A stretch of DNA of 64,000 nt from Pelagomonas calceolata (taxonomy: Eukaryota), in contig CAKKNE010000002.1 of assembly GCA_918797485.1 (NCBI GenBank), positions 5,580,001 through 5,644,000 on the forward strand, in the 5' to 3' direction. The translations under genes and the position numbers were made by a program. The notes beneath the pieces were generated by a model. The model was not told where the DNA came from. It worked only from the letters and a program-made list of their open reading frames with translations, and did not search any database. Shown piece after piece: positions 60,612 through 64,000 of this stretch. How positions within the stretch are numbered: the first letter of the stretch is position 1; each line of letters begins with the position of its first letter.

Positions 60612-62669
60612 TTAATACGCCGTCACGTCGCCGTGCGGGTTGTCCACGCAGTTCCACGGCTTAAGGTTCTGCCGAAGAAACCGCTCGATGGCTTCGAAGT
60701 ATGCCTTCCGATGCTCTTCGGACCAGCCCGACGGCCCGTGTCCCTCGCCCTCCAGAAACAGCGTTTCCAACAGAGGCGACGCGGCTTTCTCGGCGAAGGT
60801 GTTGATTTGCGCGAACGGGCAGTCCGTGTCGGCCTGGCCGTGCGCGAGTAACAGCGGCACGCGCACCACCGGCTCGGGGTTCGCGCGCGCCACGCGCGGC
60901 CGGACGGCCTCCTCGTAGACCCAGCCGCCCATCAACCACCGGTCGTAGTAACGAACTTCCGTGCACTTCTGCTGCACGTTCCAGTCGGCGATGCCCGCCG
61001 AAGCCACAACGCAGGAGAACGGCGACTCGGCGCGCGTCGCGGCGAGCAGGCCGAGGTAGCCGCCCCACGAGTGGCCCGCGTAGCCCACGCCGCGGCTCCG
61101 GTCGACGGAGATACCTTCGGGCGGCCGCAAGCCGTCTTCCTTCAGACACCACGTCCCCGCCGCGCAGACGCTCTCGAAGTCCTTCTTGCCGCACCCGTCG
61201 CCGCACACCGCGTCCATGTGCGCGAGGCCGAAGCCTACGCTTCCGGGAAAATGCGGGACCACGACGACATGTCCGAGGTCCGCGAGCCACTGGAAGAGGG
61301 GAGCCGGCTCGAGCGCGTGCGAGCAGAGAGGACCGCCGTGCCCCCAGACGAGGGGCCGGACCGTGACGGCGTTGTTATCCGTGCCCATCGTGTCGTCGTC
61401 GTCGTCGTCGCCACCAATCTCCGTAGTGGGCCAGTATACTAGCGCGTGGCAGCCGTCGTCGAGCTTGACCTGGTCCGGCGCGCGGAGCTTCGCCGCCAAG
61501 GCTAGGGGCATCGTATACGTCAGCCGGTCGTCGGGGAAGCTGGAACTCTTGACAGCATGAAGGTCGCCCCACGAGTCCGGTGAACGCTTGACAAAGAGCA
61601 CGTCTGCGAGACGTACCGCAGCGACGGGCGCGACGGCGCCCTGCTCTCCAGGATCGAAACCGATCCTGCTGATCATCCCGGTAGAGCGATCACCAGAAAC
61701 GGAAAATTCGACTTCGTAGAGCGCTTCCCCGACGCCGCTTTCCTCTCGCCCGGTCACGACGACGCCGGTGCGTTCGGCGTTGACGCACATGTCACGGATT
61801 GGAGGCCCGTAGGATCGTGCAGCTACATCGACCCTTTGAAAATCGGGTGTTTGTATGTCGACGCGCTCCCAGCGCGTCGCATCCCGGTCGAGGACGAACA
61901 GGCCGTGCACGAGCCCCGACGTGGGCCCGTCGGCGAGCCGCTGCGGTGCGTCCGCCGCATCGTCGGCGAAAAGCTTGGCGCCGACGCCGCTCGCGACATC
62001 GTGACCGCCGAAGCGGCAGACTAGCTGGCGGCGACCATTAGTACCAGGTATGTCGTTGACGAGGCAACCGACCGACGGCGGGGCGTATTCTACACGGCCG
62101 TCGCGCGCCACAGACCGCTGCCCTGCCTCATCAACGACGATTACTTCCGCAACCATGGCGTTCGCGAGGCGGTGGACGAGTGCCACGGCCGAGCTGCCGG
62201 GCCAGCCGTCGAAGCTTCCAATGCTACCGCCCTTCGAGGCAACGTAGACCTCGTCGAAATCGCCCCGGCTTGTCCACGAGTAGCGCCGCAGGCACTCACG
62301 GCCATCAGCGCGCTTCACGATGACGAGAAAGGCATCGCCGACCCACCGGATGCTGCCTCGCATCGTTTCGCCCTTGGCAGGCTCGATGACTAAGTTGCCG
62401 AAATTGCCGTAGGAGCTGCCTACCTTGAGCGCGCCATCGATCACTACGGCGAAGTCGCCGTCCTCGAAGAATACTGGTGGACCCGCAACCTTTGCGCGAG
62501 ACGCGACGACCAGCGGCGGCTGCGACGGCCGCTGCAGCAGGAGGTCGTCGCCCCAGCCGCGGCGGCGCGCGACCCAGGCGCAGGTCCAGCCCTCGTCGCT
62601 GTGCGTCCCAGCGAAGTGCCAGCAGGACTCATCTTTCAATGCCTCGGAGATCGTGAGTGCGGGCGGCAT
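60612..62669 (-). CDS. S9-family (prolyl oligopeptidase/acylaminoacyl peptidase-like) hydrolase
   Basis: HGGP, GSVGFG, GHSWGGY, HGQADTDC and EGHG. Confidence 0.9.
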   Translation of the reverse strand: MPPALTISEALKDESCWHFAGTHSDEGWTCAWVARRRGWGDDLLLQRPSQPPLVVASRAKVAGPPVFFEDGDFAVVIDGALKVGSSYGNFGNLVIEPAKGETMRGSIRWVGDAFLVIVKRADGRECLRRYSWTSRGDFDEVYVASKGGSIGSFDGWPGSSAVALVHRLANAMVAEVIVVDEAGQRSVARDGRVEYAPPSVGCLVNDIPGTNGRRQLVCRFGGHDVASGVGAKLFADDAADAPQRLADGPTSGLVHGLFVLDRDATRWERVDIQTPDFQRVDVAARSYGPPIRDMCVNAERTGVVVTGREESGVGEALYEVEFSVSGDRSTGMISRIGFDPGEQGAVAPVAAVRLADVLFVKRSPDSWGDLHAVKSSSFPDDRLTYTMPLALAAKLRAPDQVKLDDGCHALVYWPTTEIGGDDDDDDTMGTDNNAVTVRPLVWGHGGPLCSHALEPAPLFQWLADLGHVVVVPHFPGSVGFGLAHMDAVCGDGCGKKDFESVCAAGTWCLKEDGLRPPEGISVDRSRGVGYAGHSWGGYLGLLAATRAESPFSCVVASAGIADWNVQQKCTEVRYYDRWLMGGWVYEEAVRPRVARANPEPVVRVPLLLAHGQADTDCPFAQINTFAEKAASPLLETLFLEGEGHGPSGWSEEHRKAYFEAIERFLRQNLKPWNCVDNPHGDVTAY

Positions 62670-62834
62670 CGGTGCAGTAGTGTAGCTTAAGTGTGCAACA
62701 AAATCAGTGGCAGAGTTGCACGCAATTAATTTCGCGACGCCGGCCGAGCTGTGCGAGCTAAAAGCGAGTATTACCTACAGCAATGCGCGACCGGTTCGCC
62801 TATATGGGCTGTTTTTGTCTGCGCTGCAGGTGTT

Positions 62835-62859
62835 TGCTAGTGTGTTACAGGACGCTAGC
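62835..62859 (+). promoter_or_regulatory. Bipartite CTAG-CTAG upstream element
   Basis: TGCTAGTGTGTTACAGGACGCTAGC in a divergent intergenic region. Confidence 0.7.
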
Positions 62860-63007
62860 TCCCGCCCGGGCGCGGCTCTTGCAAGCACGCACGCGCGGCC
62901 AGGTACGCGCGCTACGAAGCATTCGTGCGAAAACGTGCCGTGCTCCCGCTCCCACCCGCTGATTGATGCGTTAACGACTCACAGACTGCACAAAAGACCA
63001 CTGCACA

Positions 63008-64000
63008 ATGCGCCGCCTCGCGCCGCGGCGGCGCTTCTTCGCGGGCCGCTATCAAGCTGCATTAGCGAAGAGGGCCGCGGAAGGCACGCTGCGCAGCACT
63101 ACCGTAAGAACGGAAACTTTAATAGACTTCGCGTCGAACGACTACCTCGGCGTCGCGCGCGATGCCGCCTTCGCCGCGGCCCACTTCGCGGCCGAGGCCA
63201 GGAGAGCGGACGCGGCCGCGGGCTCGACGGGCAGCCGCCTGCTCACGGGCGCATCACGGGAACACGACGCCTTCGAGGCCTTTGCTGCTCAATTTCACGG
63301 GCGAGAGAGCGCGCTGCTCTTCGGGTCGGGCTACGCGGCGAATAGCGCCGTCGCTGCGACGCTGCCCCTGCCTTCTGATGCGGTCCTCTTCGACGAGCGG
63401 AGCCACAACTCGACGCGGTTCGGGTTGGTGCGGAGCCGCGCCTCTGTACAAAGACCCTTCGGCCACAACGATTTGGATGATCTGCGGGTTAAGCTAAGGG
63501 ATCACGAGGGCGCCCTGGTCTTCGTCGAGGGCATTTACTCGATGGACGGCGACGAGGCGCCTCTCCAAGAACTCGCGGAGCTTTGTTTGGAGGATGGTCG
63601 GGCGGGTCTTATCGTAGATGAAGCGCACTCGACGGGCATCTTGGGAGATTGTGGAAGAGGCGCCGTCTCCACGTTGCCTATACCATTGAGGCGGGCCGTC
63701 GTCGCCCAGGTCCACACGTTCGGGAAGGCGTTGGGCGGCCACGGCGCCGTCGTGGTTTGCGACGCGACGACGAGGGAGTACCTGGCGAACTACGCCCAGC
63801 CCTTCGTCTACGCGACGGCGCCGCCCGATTCGCATTCCAGATTGGCGCGGCGGGCGTACGACGCCGTCGCCGCCGCGGACGACGCGCGGCGCCACTTGGC
63901 GCGTCTCATCGACCTCTTCCGGGCCGAGTGCGACGTCGGGTCCTTATTACTACCGTCGCGCACGCCCATCCAGGCGGTCCTGGCGCCGGGCGCCGACGTA
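63008..64000 (+). CDS. bioF: 8-amino-7-oxononanoate synthase (runs off the window; absent from the ORF track)
   Basis: Manual translation from ATG 63008: DFASNDYLG, GSTGSRLLTG, FGSGYAAN, EGIYSMDGD, DEAHSTG and TFGKALG. Confidence 0.93.
   Translation, partial: MRRLAPRRRFFAGRYQAALAKRAAEGTLRSTTVRTETLIDFASNDYLGVARDAAFAAAHFAAEARRADAAAGSTGSRLLTGASREHDAFEAFAAQFHGRESALLFGSGYAANSAVAATLPLPSDAVLFDERSHNSTRFGLVRSRASVQRPFGHNDLDDLRVKLRDHEGALVFVEGIYSMDGDEAPLQELAELCLEDGRAGLIVDEAHSTGILGDCGRGAVSTLPIPLRRAVVAQVHTFGKALGGHGAVVVCDATTREYLANYAQPFVYATAPPDSHSRLARRAYDAVAAADDARRHLARLIDLFRAECDVGSLLLPSRTPIQAVLAPGADV

Overview
This is eukaryotic, GC-rich, very gene-dense nuclear DNA. By inference it comes from a pelagophyte alga (Pelagomonas/Aureococcus-like), based on mostly single-exon genes, bipartite plastid-type leaders and short introns with terminal inverted repeats (TIRs) and target-site duplications (TSDs). 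It holds about 50 protein-coding loci or fragments, including Sft2, SRR1, an NDK-like protein, a lipocalin, JmjC, NRS/ER, Misato, PDE6D, a Sen1-like helicase, GT18, CDC27, TMX2, a Cys-loop channel, LTO1, ADH-III, S-formylglutathione hydrolase and BioF. No rRNA, tRNA or CRISPR array was seen. Main points of interest: (1) a ~23-nt two-box element, GCTAGTGTCTTACA-N2-3-CGCTAGC, found about 20 times, only upstream of genes and mostly in divergent promoters; (2) one family of very short introner-like DNA transposons, inserted in both orientations, that form GT-AG or GC-AG introns; (3) a divergent formaldehyde-detoxification gene pair; (4) a same-strand overlap between a small ORF and LTO1, suggesting a bicistronic unit; (5) unusual domain fusions (Cys-loop channel with EF-hands, helicase with a WW domain); (6) headless back-to-back gene fragments and a 1.8-kb gene-free, internally repeated island. 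Product calls come from recognising motifs by eye; no database search was run.
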